From Lachnospiraceae bacterium (lineage in GTDB: Bacteria > Bacillota > Clostridia > Lachnospirales > Lachnospiraceae): a stretch of 64,000 nucleotides of DNA. The notes under the pieces were generated by a model, which saw nothing but the letters and a program-made list of their open reading frames with translations, made no database searches and was not told the origin of the DNA. Made by a program: the position numbers and the translations under genes. Of the stretch, positions 1 through 9,256 are shown piece after piece. Within the stretch, counting starts at the first letter, position 1. Every line of letters starts with the position of its first letter. The stretch is from assembly GCA_022652545.1 (NCBI GenBank), contig JALCRM010000003.1:78885-142884 (forward strand), given 5' to 3'.

Positions 1-551
1 CTGCCCTGCGGACGGGTCTGGTTTTCCGAGAGCTGCGGGGTGGCTTTTTTGGAAGCCCGGGCAGGCTGTTTTCTGCGGGAACTTTTGGATTTTGAGGTGG
101 AGTCGGCGATCTCGTCGCTGCTGTCGATGACGTCGAGGAAGATGAAACGCTCACAGGATGCGCGGAAGGATTCCGGGGTCTTTTTCTCCCCCATGCCGAT
201 GACTGTTTTGCCCGCCTCGCGCAGGCGCTGTGCGAGCTTGTTGAAATCGCCGTCGCTCGAAACGATACAGAAGCCGTCCGCTTCCCCGCGGTACAGGATG
301 TCCATCGCATCGATGATGAGGCTGATGTCGGAGGCGTTTTTGCCGGGTGTGTTGTTCGGCTGCATGACGGGGGCCAGGGAATAGGCAGTAAAGCAGTTGA
401 GCCAGCCGTGCAGGCGGTCCTGCGACCAGTCGCCGTACATGCGGCGTATGGTGATCTTCCCGTATTTTGAGAGCTCGCTCAGGATGCCCTGGATATATTT
501 TGCGCTGACATTGTCTGCATCGATAAGAAGTGCGATCTTGCTGTCTTCCAT
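1..551 (-). CDS. NYN domain (LabA/DUF88, PIN-like) protein, partial (runs off left edge)
   Basis: Manual translation from ATG at 551: MEDSKIALLIDADNVSAKY...RRMYGDW...GKNASDISLIIDAMD...IVSSDGDFNKLAQRLREAGKTVIGMG. The DxDN, KNASD and SSDGDF motifs are typical of NYN proteins. Absent from the ORF track because there is no stop in the window. Confidence 0.88.
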   Translation of the reverse strand, partial: MEDSKIALLIDADNVSAKYIQGILSELSKYGKITIRRMYGDWSQDRLHGWLNCFTAYSLAPVMQPNNTPGKNASDISLIIDAMDILYRGEADGFCIVSSDGDFNKLAQRLREAGKTVIGMGEKKTPESFRASCERFIFLDVIDSSDEIADSTSKSKSSRRKQPARASKKATPQLSENQTRPQG

Positions 552-634
552 GTACACGACCTTTCCGCGGATCTGTGCTATGATTTATCTGCGGCAGGAC
601 CCACGGACACAATTATAAAGGAAAAATATACGGA

Positions 635-976
635 ATGCACGAACTTCCCATTGTAACGGGCCTTATCGAAACACTGGAAGATGAGGCGCGCAGGAGAGGA
701 CTGAAAAAGATCATGGAGGTGGACATCTCGATCGGCGAGCTTTCCGACGTCGTCGACGAGTGCGTGCGCCTGTATTTTGAAACGGCGAGCGAGGGGACCG
801 TCACCGAGGGGGCTGTCCTGCATTTCACAAAACAGCCTGCCATGCTGCGGTGTGAGAAGTGCGGTTTCGTCTTTCCGCATGCGGGAAGTTTTTCCTGCCC
901 GCAGTGCGGGGGAAACGGGATACTGGTGCGCGGTACGGGCACGGACTGCGTGATCGAAAGGTACAGTGCCGTATAG
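635..976 (+). CDS. hypA: Hydrogenase maturation nickel metallochaperone HypA
   Basis: N-terminal MHE, GELS motif, two CxxC (CEKC, CPQC), 113 aa. Confidence 0.9.
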   Translation: MHELPIVTGLIETLEDEARRRGLKKIMEVDISIGELSDVVDECVRLYFETASEGTVTEGAVLHFTKQPAMLRCEKCGFVFPHAGSFSCPQCGGNGILVRGTGTDCVIERYSAV

Positions 977-995
977 CAGAAAGGAAAGGGCTCCC

Positions 996-2714
996 ATGAA
1001 ACTGGAAGAACGGGAAAAACTGGCGGCGGCTGCCGCGGGAAAGATCAAGGCGGACCTGGTGCTCAAGAACGCGAAGGTCATCGACGTCTTTACAGACGAG
1101 GTCCTCGACGCGGACGTGGCCATCGAAGGCGGCTATATCGCCGGCATCGGGAAGTATGAGGGCAGCCGGGAGATCGATCTCCAGGGCGCGTATGTGGCAC
1201 CGGGTTTCGTCAACGCGCACCTGCACATCGAAAGTTCCATGGTGCCGCCGGCGGAGTATGTGAAGGCCGTACTGCCCGCCGGTACCACGACGCTCATTGC
1301 GGATCCGCACGAGATCATCAACGTACTCGGCGCCCCCGCCATGCAGTATCTGCTGGAGGACGCGAAGACGCTGCCCGTCAATCTTCTGTACATGCAGTCT
1401 TCCTGCGTGCCGAGCACTCCTTTCGAGACTTCCGGCGCCACCTACAGGGCGGACGACATGGCTCCCTTCTGGGGAGATCCGCACATCGGAGGGCTTGCGG
1501 AGGTCATGTCCGTCCCCGCGGTGCTCGGCTGCGATCCGGATATGATGAAAAAGATGGAGGCGGCCTGCGCGGCGCACAAGCTCATCGACGGACACGCGCC
1601 CGGCCTCACGGGGAAGGCACTGCAGGCGTACGTCGCGATGGGCGTCAAAACAGATCACGAGTGCACTTCTTTCACGGAAGCCAGGGAAAAAATGCGCGCA
1701 GGGCAGTATATCCTTATCAGGGAAGGCTCCGCTGCCCGCAATCTCGAATCGATCGTCCGCGGCATCTGCGGCGAACAGATGAATACGCGGCGCTTTATGT
1801 TCTGTACGGACGACAAGCATCTTTCCGATCTGTATGCGCAGGGGGACATCCGCTGGAACGTGGAACTCGCGATCCACTACGGCATCGAGCCGGTCAAGGC
1901 GATCAAGATGGCTTCCTTCAATGCGGCGCAGGCATACGGACTGGACGATCTGGGCGCCGTGGCTCCCGGCTACCGCGCGGATCTCGTGGTGCTTGACCGC
2001 GACCTGTCGGCGGTGCGTGTGCTGGAAGTGCTCAAGGACGGCGTCCCTGCCGAGGAGGCGGTCAAAGGCCTGCACGACATCGAACCTCCGGAGACGTTCC
2101 TGCACACAGTGCACTTTACGGACGTAAAGGCGGAGGACCTGACGCTTCCGGCCGAGGACGGGGCAGACGAGGACGTCATCGGCATGATGCCGAACGAGAT
2201 CCTGACAAGCCACCTCAGGGAGCCGGTCCCGGTGAGCGGCGGCAGGTTTGCGGAAAACAGCGAATACAACAAGCTGTGCGTGGTGGAACGCCACGGCCGG
2301 AACGGGAACGTCGCCGTGGCACCGCTCAAGGGCTACGGCATCAGCGGAGGCGCCGTGGCGACTTCCGTGGCGCACGATTCCCACAACGTGATCGCGGCGG
2401 GCGACAATGACGCGGACCTGGTGCTTGCCATCAACACGCTGAAGAAGATCGACGGCGGCTATGTCCTGACGGGAGGCGGAAAGGTGCTGGGCACCCTGCC
2501 GCTGCCGCTGGCAGGACTCATGAGCATGGAACCGGGAGAAAAGGTCAGCGGGGCCATTGCCCGGATCGAGCAGATGGCGCGCGGCATGGGTGTGCCGGAA
2601 GGCATCGATCCCTTCATCAGCCTTTCCTTTATGGCGCTGCCGGTCATCCCATCCCTGCGGCTCACCGACCGGGGGCTGTTCGACGCAGACCATTTTTCGA
2701 TGATCAGAAAGTGA
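996..2714 (+). CDS. ade: Adenine deaminase (amidohydrolase family)
   Basis: HLHIESS, DPHEI, IDGHAP, TDHEC, FCTDD, VAHDSHN motifs; ATG 996 after GAAAGG. Confidence 0.93.
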   Translation: MKLEEREKLAAAAAGKIKADLVLKNAKVIDVFTDEVLDADVAIEGGYIAGIGKYEGSREIDLQGAYVAPGFVNAHLHIESSMVPPAEYVKAVLPAGTTTLIADPHEIINVLGAPAMQYLLEDAKTLPVNLLYMQSSCVPSTPFETSGATYRADDMAPFWGDPHIGGLAEVMSVPAVLGCDPDMMKKMEAACAAHKLIDGHAPGLTGKALQAYVAMGVKTDHECTSFTEAREKMRAGQYILIREGSAARNLESIVRGICGEQMNTRRFMFCTDDKHLSDLYAQGDIRWNVELAIHYGIEPVKAIKMASFNAAQAYGLDDLGAVAPGYRADLVVLDRDLSAVRVLEVLKDGVPAEEAVKGLHDIEPPETFLHTVHFTDVKAEDLTLPAEDGADEDVIGMMPNEILTSHLREPVPVSGGRFAENSEYNKLCVVERHGRNGNVAVAPLKGYGISGGAVATSVAHDSHNVIAAGDNDADLVLAINTLKKIDGGYVLTGGGKVLGTLPLPLAGLMSMEPGEKVSGAIARIEQMARGMGVPEGIDPFISLSFMALPVIPSLRLTDRGLFDADHFSMIRK

Positions 2715-2729
2715 CGGGAGAAAGCTGCT

Positions 2730-3485
2730 TTGAAAAAATATATCTCATGGAATGTAAACGGCCTGCGCGCCTGTCTGGGCAAGGGCTTCACGGATTTTGT
2801 GGAACGGGAATCTCCGGATGCGATCGCACTGCAGGAGACCAAGCTTTCGGAGGGCCAGCTGACGCTCGAGCTGCCCGGCTATCATCAGTACTGGAATTAC
2901 GCCGAAAAGAAAGGCTATTCCGGCACCGCGGTCTTTGCGAAGGAAGAGCCTCTGCGTGTATGTTTTGACATGGGGATCGAAGAACACGACCATGAAGGCC
3001 GCGTCATTTCTCTGGAATATCCGGAATACTGGCTGGTCACCGAGTACGTGCCCAATTCAAAGGAAGAGCTGGAGCGGCTGGACTACCGCATGACCTGGGA
3101 GGATGCTTTTCTTTCCTATGTAAAGAAGCTGGAAGCGGATAAGCCGGTGATCTTCTGCGGAGACCTCAACGTCGCGCACCGGGAGATCGACCTGAAAAAC
3201 CCGAAAACGAACCGCGGGCATGCCGGTTTCACGGATGAGGAGCGCGGGAAGTTCGGCGCGCTGCTGGATGCCGGCTTCATCGACACCTACCGGTATTTTT
3301 ATCCGGACAAAACAGATGCCTACAGCTGGTGGTCGTACCGCTTCCATGCCAGAGAGAAAGGCATAGGCTGGAGGATCGACTATTTCCTGGTCTCCGGGGC
3401 ACTGGCCCCGCGGCTGAAGGACGCGCTGATCTACGGAGATGTACAGGGCTCCGATCACTGCCCGGTAGGGCTGCTGATCGACTGA
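2730..3485 (+). CDS. xth: Exodeoxyribonuclease III / AP endonuclease
   Basis: [32 protein letters not shown]; TTG start. Confidence 0.95.
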   Translation: MKKYISWNVNGLRACLGKGFTDFVERESPDAIALQETKLSEGQLTLELPGYHQYWNYAEKKGYSGTAVFAKEEPLRVCFDMGIEEHDHEGRVISLEYPEYWLVTEYVPNSKEELERLDYRMTWEDAFLSYVKKLEADKPVIFCGDLNVAHREIDLKNPKTNRGHAGFTDEERGKFGALLDAGFIDTYRYFYPDKTDAYSWWSYRFHAREKGIGWRIDYFLVSGALAPRLKDALIYGDVQGSDHCPVGLLID

Positions 3486-3513
3486 TCCGAAAAAACATAT
3501 AACGGAGGGTATC

Positions 3514-4383
3514 ATGGAAGAAGAAAAGCAGCAGGGACAGGGCGCAGGACAGGAAGAGGAAGGCTGCACGCACGACTGCAGCAGCTGTGAAAAAAACTGT
3601 GCACAGAGGGATCCGAAGAGTTTTCTGATCAAACCGAACGAGCGCAGCCATGTAAAGAAAGTGATCGCCGTGGTGAGCGGCAAGGGCGGCGTAGGCAAAT
3701 CCCTGGTGACGGGGCTGTGCGCTGTCGCGACAAGGCGCAGGGGCTATGCGACCGCCATCCTCGACGCGGACATCACGGGGCCGAGCATCCCGAAGATGCT
3801 GGGACTTACGAACCGCGACGTGCACGCGGACAGCACGGCGCTGCTGCCGGCCGGCAGTGCGACAGGTATCAGGGTCATGTCCATGAATATCCTGCTGGAG
3901 AATCCGGACGCTCCTGTCGTCTGGAGAAGTCCGGTCATCACCGGGGCTATGAAACAGTTCTGGACGGATGTGGCCTGGGGCGACGTCGACTACATGTTCG
4001 TCGATATGCCTCCGGGAACGGGCGACGTGCCGCTGACTGTCTTCCAGTCCCTGCCGGTGGACGGGATCATTGTCGTTACGACGCCGCAGGAGCTTGTCGG
4101 CATGATCGTGGAAAAGGCCGTCGGCATGGCGAAGATGATGAACGTGCCGATCCTGGGCATCATTGAAAACATGAGCTATGTAAAGTGTCCGCACTGCGGA
4201 GAAGAGATCCGTGTCTTCGGTGAGAGCCACACGGAGGAGATCGCCGGGAAGGAAGGACTGAAACTGATCGCGCGCCTTCCGATCGATCCGGCTGCGGCCG
4301 CAGCCTGTGACAGCGGGAAGATCGAATATTATCAGAGCGATGCGCTCGAAGGTCTGCAGGCAGTACTGCCGGCGCTCGGGTAA
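3514..4383 (+). CDS. Mrp/NBP35 (ApbC) Fe-S carrier ATPase
   Basis: SGKGGVGKS, DADITGPSIP, DMPPGTGD, ENMS..CPHC; N-terminal CTHDCSSC. Confidence 0.93.
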   Translation: MEEEKQQGQGAGQEEEGCTHDCSSCEKNCAQRDPKSFLIKPNERSHVKKVIAVVSGKGGVGKSLVTGLCAVATRRRGYATAILDADITGPSIPKMLGLTNRDVHADSTALLPAGSATGIRVMSMNILLENPDAPVVWRSPVITGAMKQFWTDVAWGDVDYMFVDMPPGTGDVPLTVFQSLPVDGIIVVTTPQELVGMIVEKAVGMAKMMNVPILGIIENMSYVKCPHCGEEIRVFGESHTEEIAGKEGLKLIARLPIDPAAAAACDSGKIEYYQSDALEGLQAVLPALG

Positions 4384-4395
4384 AAACGGAATAAC

Positions 4396-4455
4396 AAAAA
4401 AGGAAAGGAGCAGGCTGCAGCCGCCGGAAGGACGGCCGCTGCCCGCTCCTTTTTT
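4396..4455. terminator. Likely bidirectional intrinsic terminator between convergent mrp and ABC genes
   Basis: AAAGGAGC...GCTCCTTT stem with A-run on the left and T-run on the right. Confidence 0.7.
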
Positions 4456-4512
4456 GCATTCCGGACAGGGATCGTGCTCTTTTTATACGCCTCGGACCTG
4501 GATCGTGCTCTT

Positions 4513-7500
4513 TTATGCGCTCCGGGCGGGGATCGAAATCGTACGGCTGCTGAGCCGGCTTTCCTGCAGACGGTGTGAAATGGAAATGACGGTGCGCCCT
4601 CTGGAGGCTTTCTCCAGCGCCTGCAGGACGCGCAGTTCGGTATCGCTGTCGAGGTTGGCCGTGATCTCGTCGAGCAGCAGGATCTCCGGTCCGGCGCAGA
4701 CTGCACGCGCGATGGACAGCAGCTGGTACTGGCCCTGCGAGAGCTGAAGCTTTTCGGCGGGTGTGTCGTAGCCCTGTGGCAGAGCCGAAATGACTTCGTC
4801 CAGCCCCACCAGTGCAGCAGCGTTCCTCACTGCCTCCCGGCTGATGCCGGGGTCGAAAAGAGAGATCTGGTCGGCGGTGTTGCCCTCCACCCGGCGGAAA
4901 GTCTGTTCCACGCAGCCGAAAAGTCTGCGCCTGCAGCTGTCGGGAATGCGGTCCGCTTCCATTCCCTTTATGGTAACGCTGCCCTCCTGCGGGGCATAGA
5001 GACCCAGCAGCAGCCGGAATACGGTGCTCTTTCCTGCGCCGGTGCGTCCGGTCAGGGTGACGGACTCTCCTTCTTTTACTTCGAAGGTCAGACCGTCCAG
5101 TACTTTTCTGTCTTCCCTGTAACGGAAGGAAACATGGTCGAACGCCACAGCGGTTTCTCCGGCTGACGGCTGTTTTTTCCCGCCGCCGTTCCCGGGCACT
5201 GCCGGTGCCGCCGCTGTCGCCGTCGCCGCTGCTGCCGTCGCTGCTGTTGCTGCCGTTGCTGCCGCCGTTGCCGCCGTTGCTGCTGCTGCCGTCGCCGCTG
5301 CTGCTGTCGCGTCAGATACGGCTTCCGGGAGACTGCGTTCGGGCTCCTGCAGGAATTCGTCGATGCGGTGTACGCCGGCCACGGCGGACTGGATATTCTG
5401 GATCTCCATGCCGAGACTTTCGAGCGGGCTGAAGATCCTGTTGACGTATGCGATCATTGCGACAGCCGTGCCGACGCTGATGCCGAAGAAATCACGGTAT
5501 GCCCCGCCGGCCGCCGCGAAGGCCATCATGGTGCCGATGACGCAGGAACCGGTGAAAAGCACGATCGGGGAATAGACGGAATCGTAGAAGCTGGAGCGGT
5601 CGACAGCCCTGTAGCTGTCGGTGATGTAGCTGTCGTACAGCTCTTCCATATATTTCTGCTTGTGCAGGATACGGATCATGGAGATGTTGCGGATCGTCTC
5701 CGGAATATGGTTGTTCACGCGGGCGATGGCCGCGCGGTTGTCTGTCTGGGCGCGCAGCATCCGCTTCTGGAAAACACGGGTCATAAGGAAGAGGAGAGGC
5801 GTGACGACGGAGAGCAGGAGTCCGAGGCCGCGGCTTTTGGCGAAGATGATCACGAAGATGCTGACGATGCTGCAGGCGTCGGCAAACATGCCGATGATGC
5901 CGTCGGTAAAGAGCGAGTCCACGGTATCTACATCATTTACGAAGCGCGACGTGACGCTGCCGGACTCCGCATGCGTGTAAAAAGCTGCAGGCAGCCGTTT
6001 CAGCTTGGCGCAAAGCGCACTGCGCAGACCGTGGGTGACCTTCTGCCCGTACACCGTGATGAGGACATTCTGTCCGGCTTCGCACAGATCTGCGAGGGCG
6101 ATGGCCCCGAAATAGAGGAAAGCCATGGACAGGGTGACGCCGCTTCCCGCGGTCAGTCCGTTCACGACCCTTTCCAGGACCAGGGGCGCAAGCAGGGCTG
6201 AGACGACAGCACCGAGGATCACGGCGGTCATGACGGCCGTGAGCGGCAGGTATTTTCCGGTGACACTGGCAATTACGCCTCTGACGGCGTGTCTGCGGTT
6301 TCGGCCGGCGGTCTGTCCGGCGGCGCTTCCGCTGCTGCTTTCAGCTGTATCCGTACCGAAGTCCTGCCGGACACTGCTTTCTTCTTCGGCAGCCTGTACG
6401 GAGGACGGTGCAGCAGCATCGGTTGCGGTGGCAACAGCATCGGTTGCGGCGGTAGCGGTGGCAGCTGTATCGGAAGCGGCACAGGCTGCGGCGGCAGGCG
6501 TCTGTCTTGCGTAGAGATCCCGGTATGCGGGGCTGGTGTTCATAAGAGCTGCATGCGTGGAAAAGACGGCGCTGCCGGCATCGAGGAACAGGACGCGGTC
6601 CAGTTCGGGAAACCGATACAGGCGGTGGGAGATCAGGATCACGATGCGGTCTGCTGACAGCAGGCGCAGATTTGCCAGGATCTGCTGCTCCGTCACGCGG
6701 TCCACCGAAGCAAAGGGATCGTCGAGGATCAGCACGCTGCGTGCGTGGTAGAGCGTCCGTGCAAGTGCGACGCGCGCCTGCTGTCCGCCCGACAGACGGA
6801 CACCTCCGTCGCCGATATTTGTGTTTTCACCGTCCGGCATGGCTGCGACCTCGCGGTCCAGGCAGACGGCGGCAAGCACCGGGCCTATGTCGCCCGGATC
6901 GCCCATACGGATGTTTTCGCCGAGCGTTCCGCTCATCAGCTCGGGGCTGTGCCCCAGCCAGGATACGGTCCGGCTGCGCTCTTCCGGCGACATTGAGGAG
7001 ATCTCGCGTCCGCCGACGGAAATGCTGCCGCTGTACGCGATCTCACCCGTAAACGCGCGTGCGAAGGAGGATTTTCCGGACGCCACGGCGCCTGTGACGC
7101 CGATGATCTCGCCGGGGTGCGCCGCGAAGGAGACCTTCTGCAGCAGCGCGGGTCCGGTACCGCGCCGGATGCCGAGATCCCTGACATCCAGTTCGCCGCA
7201 GGGCAGGGAAGAGGGCGAAGTGACGCTGCCGTTGTCGGTATATTCCCGGATCAGGGGCTTTACGCGTTTCCAGGAGACCTGGGCCTTCTGTACGGAGTTG
7301 AAAAGCTTGGCCGCATGGGAGGCCTTGGCGGCCAGTTTGGCGAAGCAGGCCAGGAAAGTGGTGAAGGCTGCGATATTCCAGGCAGTCCAGCCGGTGCCGT
7401 TCATGTTTTTCCCGCCGAAATACAGGATGATGACCGCGCCGCACATGGCGATGATGTTATAGAGCGGCTGCATCGTGTTTTCCCAGATATTCGCACGCAC

Positions 7501-8232
7501 TGCGCGGTGCTCGTAATCGGTGAGCTTCTCCTCGTAGGCGGTGTCGCGGTTGTCTTCACAGCCGAAGATGCGGTACGTGATGGCGTTGCCGATGCGGTCC
7601 AGCGTAGAGCTGTTGAGGCGGCCGGCGCTTTTTTTGTATGCGGAGCTGCAGGCGGAGACGACGGTCCTCAGACGGCCGGCGATGAAGTAGGCGGCCGGCG
7701 TGAATGCGCAGGCCAGCAGGGCCAGGCGCCAGTCGTACCAGAACAGCATGGCCAGATAGGCGACCATGACGACGCCGGTGTCGAAGATCTCCGTGATGAA
7801 TTTCCGGAGCCCTTCCACGCAGGTGTCTACGTCGGATACGGCCTTCGTCATGACGGAGCCCAGGTTCTCCCTGCGGAGTTCCTCGGGACTCATGCCGACC
7901 AGGCTGTTGTAGAGCATATGGCGCATGCGCCGGCTTGTATCGTTGGCAAACCGCCGCACATAGAAACGTTTGAACGCGCGGGAGACCTGCACGGCCAGGA
8001 TGGCGGCAAGATAGAGGAGGACCAGCGTCAGCATGGACGACGGCTGTCGGAGGCCTCTGATGATATCGTAGAGGCGCTGTGCCAGCTGGCCTTCAAACCA
8101 GGGGCCGGCTACCATGCCGGCATTGTAGAGGATGCCGGTCACGGTGACGACGGTCAGGACGCCCTTTTCCGGCTTCAGGTAGGAAAGAATGCGATCCGGA
8201 TGTGCGATCTTTTCGATCTTCTGTGTGCTCAT
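4513..8232 (-). CDS. Full-length fused ABC exporter (TMD-NBD-TMD-NBD)
   Basis: Two membrane domains. Walker A GAVASGKS and GRTGAGKS; signatures LSGGQ and LSQGQ; Walker B ILDDP and LLDEI. Start overlaps the coaX stop. Confidence 0.88.
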   Translation of the reverse strand: MSTQKIEKIAHPDRILSYLKPEKGVLTVVTVTGILYNAGMVAGPWFEGQLAQRLYDIIRGLRQPSSMLTLVLLYLAAILAVQVSRAFKRFYVRRFANDTSRRMRHMLYNSLVGMSPEELRRENLGSVMTKAVSDVDTCVEGLRKFITEIFDTGVVMVAYLAMLFWYDWRLALLACAFTPAAYFIAGRLRTVVSACSSAYKKSAGRLNSSTLDRIGNAITYRIFGCEDNRDTAYEEKLTDYEHRAVRANIWENTMQPLYNIIAMCGAVIILYFGGKNMNGTGWTAWNIAAFTTFLACFAKLAAKASHAAKLFNSVQKAQVSWKRVKPLIREYTDNGSVTSPSSLPCGELDVRDLGIRRGTGPALLQKVSFAAHPGEIIGVTGAVASGKSSFARAFTGEIAYSGSISVGGREISSMSPEERSRTVSWLGHSPELMSGTLGENIRMGDPGDIGPVLAAVCLDREVAAMPDGENTNIGDGGVRLSGGQQARVALARTLYHARSVLILDDPFASVDRVTEQQILANLRLLSADRIVILISHRLYRFPELDRVLFLDAGSAVFSTHAALMNTSPAYRDLYARQTPAAAACAASDTAATATAATDAVATATDAAAPSSVQAAEEESSVRQDFGTDTAESSSGSAAGQTAGRNRRHAVRGVIASVTGKYLPLTAVMTAVILGAVVSALLAPLVLERVVNGLTAGSGVTLSMAFLYFGAIALADLCEAGQNVLITVYGQKVTHGLRSALCAKLKRLPAAFYTHAESGSVTSRFVNDVDTVDSLFTDGIIGMFADACSIVSIFVIIFAKSRGLGLLLSVVTPLLFLMTRVFQKRMLRAQTDNRAAIARVNNHIPETIRNISMIRILHKQKYMEELYDSYITDSYRAVDRSSFYDSVYSPIVLFTGSCVIGTMMAFAAAGGAYRDFFGISVGTAVAMIAYVNRIFSPLESLGMEIQNIQSAVAGVHRIDEFLQEPERSLPEAVSDATAAAATAAAATAATAAATAATAATAAAATATAAAPAVPGNGGGKKQPSAGETAVAFDHVSFRYREDRKVLDGLTFEVKEGESVTLTGRTGAGKSTVFRLLLGLYAPQEGSVTIKGMEADRIPDSCRRRLFGCVEQTFRRVEGNTADQISLFDPGISREAVRNAAALVGLDEVISALPQGYDTPAEKLQLSQGQYQLLSIARAVCAGPEILLLDEITANLDSDTELRVLQALEKASRGRTVISISHRLQESRLSSRTISIPARSA
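5206..5310 (-). repeat. Codon-level low-complexity tract encoding ATAAAATAAAATAATAAATAATAATAAAATATAAA in the ABC exporter
   Basis: Runs of gcc/gct/gtt/gtc triplets on the + strand. Confidence 0.85.
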
Positions 8233-9050
8233 GCCCTGGGCTTTTCCTCTGCTGCATTGTTTTTGGGGCTGCGGCCTTTTGTCGGCCGGTTTTTGCGGTA
8301 GAGAATGCCGAGGCCTTTCAGCAGCAGGTTGTCGTCCCGGATGATTCTGTGGCTGCAGGCGCCGGTGATGCGCCCTGCCAGCCCGCCTGTCGAAACGATC
8401 GTGGCGGCCGGTCCCATTTCCTTTTCAAACCGGTCCAGAATGCCGTCGACGGTGCCGACTGCACCGTAAAACACGCCGGACCGCATGGCATCGATGGTAT
8501 TGGTCGCGATCACTTTGGAAGGCGGAACGATCTCAATGCCCGGGAGCAGGGAAGTTTCATTGACGAGCGCATCCAGGGAGATCCCGACGCCGGGGCCGAT
8601 GGTGCCGCCGATATAGCGCCCTTTTGCGTCCACGACTGTGATCTTGGTGGCAGTGCCCATGTCCACGATGAAGGCAGGCAGGGGATAGAGTTCCTTGGCT
8701 GCGACGGCAGTAGCCACAAGGTCTGCTGCGATCGTGCCGGGGTCATCCAGGACAATGTCGAGGCCGGTCTTCAGTCCGGCGCCCACGACGAGCGCATCGA
8801 GTCCCGTCAGCATTTTTACAGCCCGTTTCAGCGTGATGACGAGGCCGGGCACGACCGAAGAGATGATCGCACCGTCGATCTTCCTGCTGTCCACGTGCAC
8901 CAGTTTCAGTATGCGGTACATGTCTGCGCAGTATTCATATTCTGTGCGGTGCAAGGCGGTCTGCAGACGCATGACGGGCTCTATCGTCCCGTCTTCCCCG
9001 ATACAGCCCAGCACGGTATGTGTGTTGCCGGTGTCGATCGCAAGTATCAT
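8229..9050 (-). CDS. coaX: Type III pantothenate kinase
   Basis: LAIDTGNT, ISSVVP, IVDMGTAT, GGTIGPG, TGG, DDNLLLKGL; SD GGAGGTG upstream. Confidence 0.95.
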   Translation of the reverse strand: MILAIDTGNTHTVLGCIGEDGTIEPVMRLQTALHRTEYEYCADMYRILKLVHVDSRKIDGAIISSVVPGLVITLKRAVKMLTGLDALVVGAGLKTGLDIVLDDPGTIAADLVATAVAAKELYPLPAFIVDMGTATKITVVDAKGRYIGGTIGPGVGISLDALVNETSLLPGIEIVPPSKVIATNTIDAMRSGVFYGAVGTVDGILDRFEKEMGPAATIVSTGGLAGRITGACSHRIIRDDNLLLKGLGILYRKNRPTKGRSPKNNAAEEKPRA

Positions 9051-9056
9051 AACGAT

Positions 9057-9241
9057 ACACCTCCATGAGGAGAACCTTCAGGTTCTCCGAAATGGGCGGC
9101 CGGCGCCGTACTTTGGCGCCGCTGCCGCGATTCGAAAGTGGAGCATCAGCGACACTTTCGAATTAACACCTCCATGAGGAGAATCTTCAGATTCTCCGAA
9201 ATGGGCGGCCGGCGCCGCACTCTGGCGCCGCTGCCGCGATT
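9057..9241 (-). repeat. Two ~76-bp tandem structured repeats (period 109 bp) forming the coaX 5' leader
   Basis: 9057-9132 and 9166-9241 differ at only 4 positions; the spacer between them is a hairpin TTCGAAAGTG...CACTTTCGAA. Confidence 0.95.
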
Positions 9242-9247
9242 ACAGAA

Positions 9248-9256
9248 AGTATAGCA
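9248..9256 (-). promoter_or_regulatory. Putative extended -10 promoter for coaX
   Basis: Minus strand reads TGcTATACT immediately upstream of the distal repeat copy. Confidence 0.5.

Noticed and set aside
40-612. ORF-track calls 40-384 (+) and 151-612 (-)
   Set aside because: The real gene is the NYN-domain frame starting at 551 on the minus strand
9057-9241. Possible mini-CRISPR array (repeat-spacer-repeat with a 33-bp spacer)
   Set aside because: The repeats are ~76 bp, there are only two, the spacer is itself a hairpin, the repeats contain the coaX SD, and no cas genes are in the window
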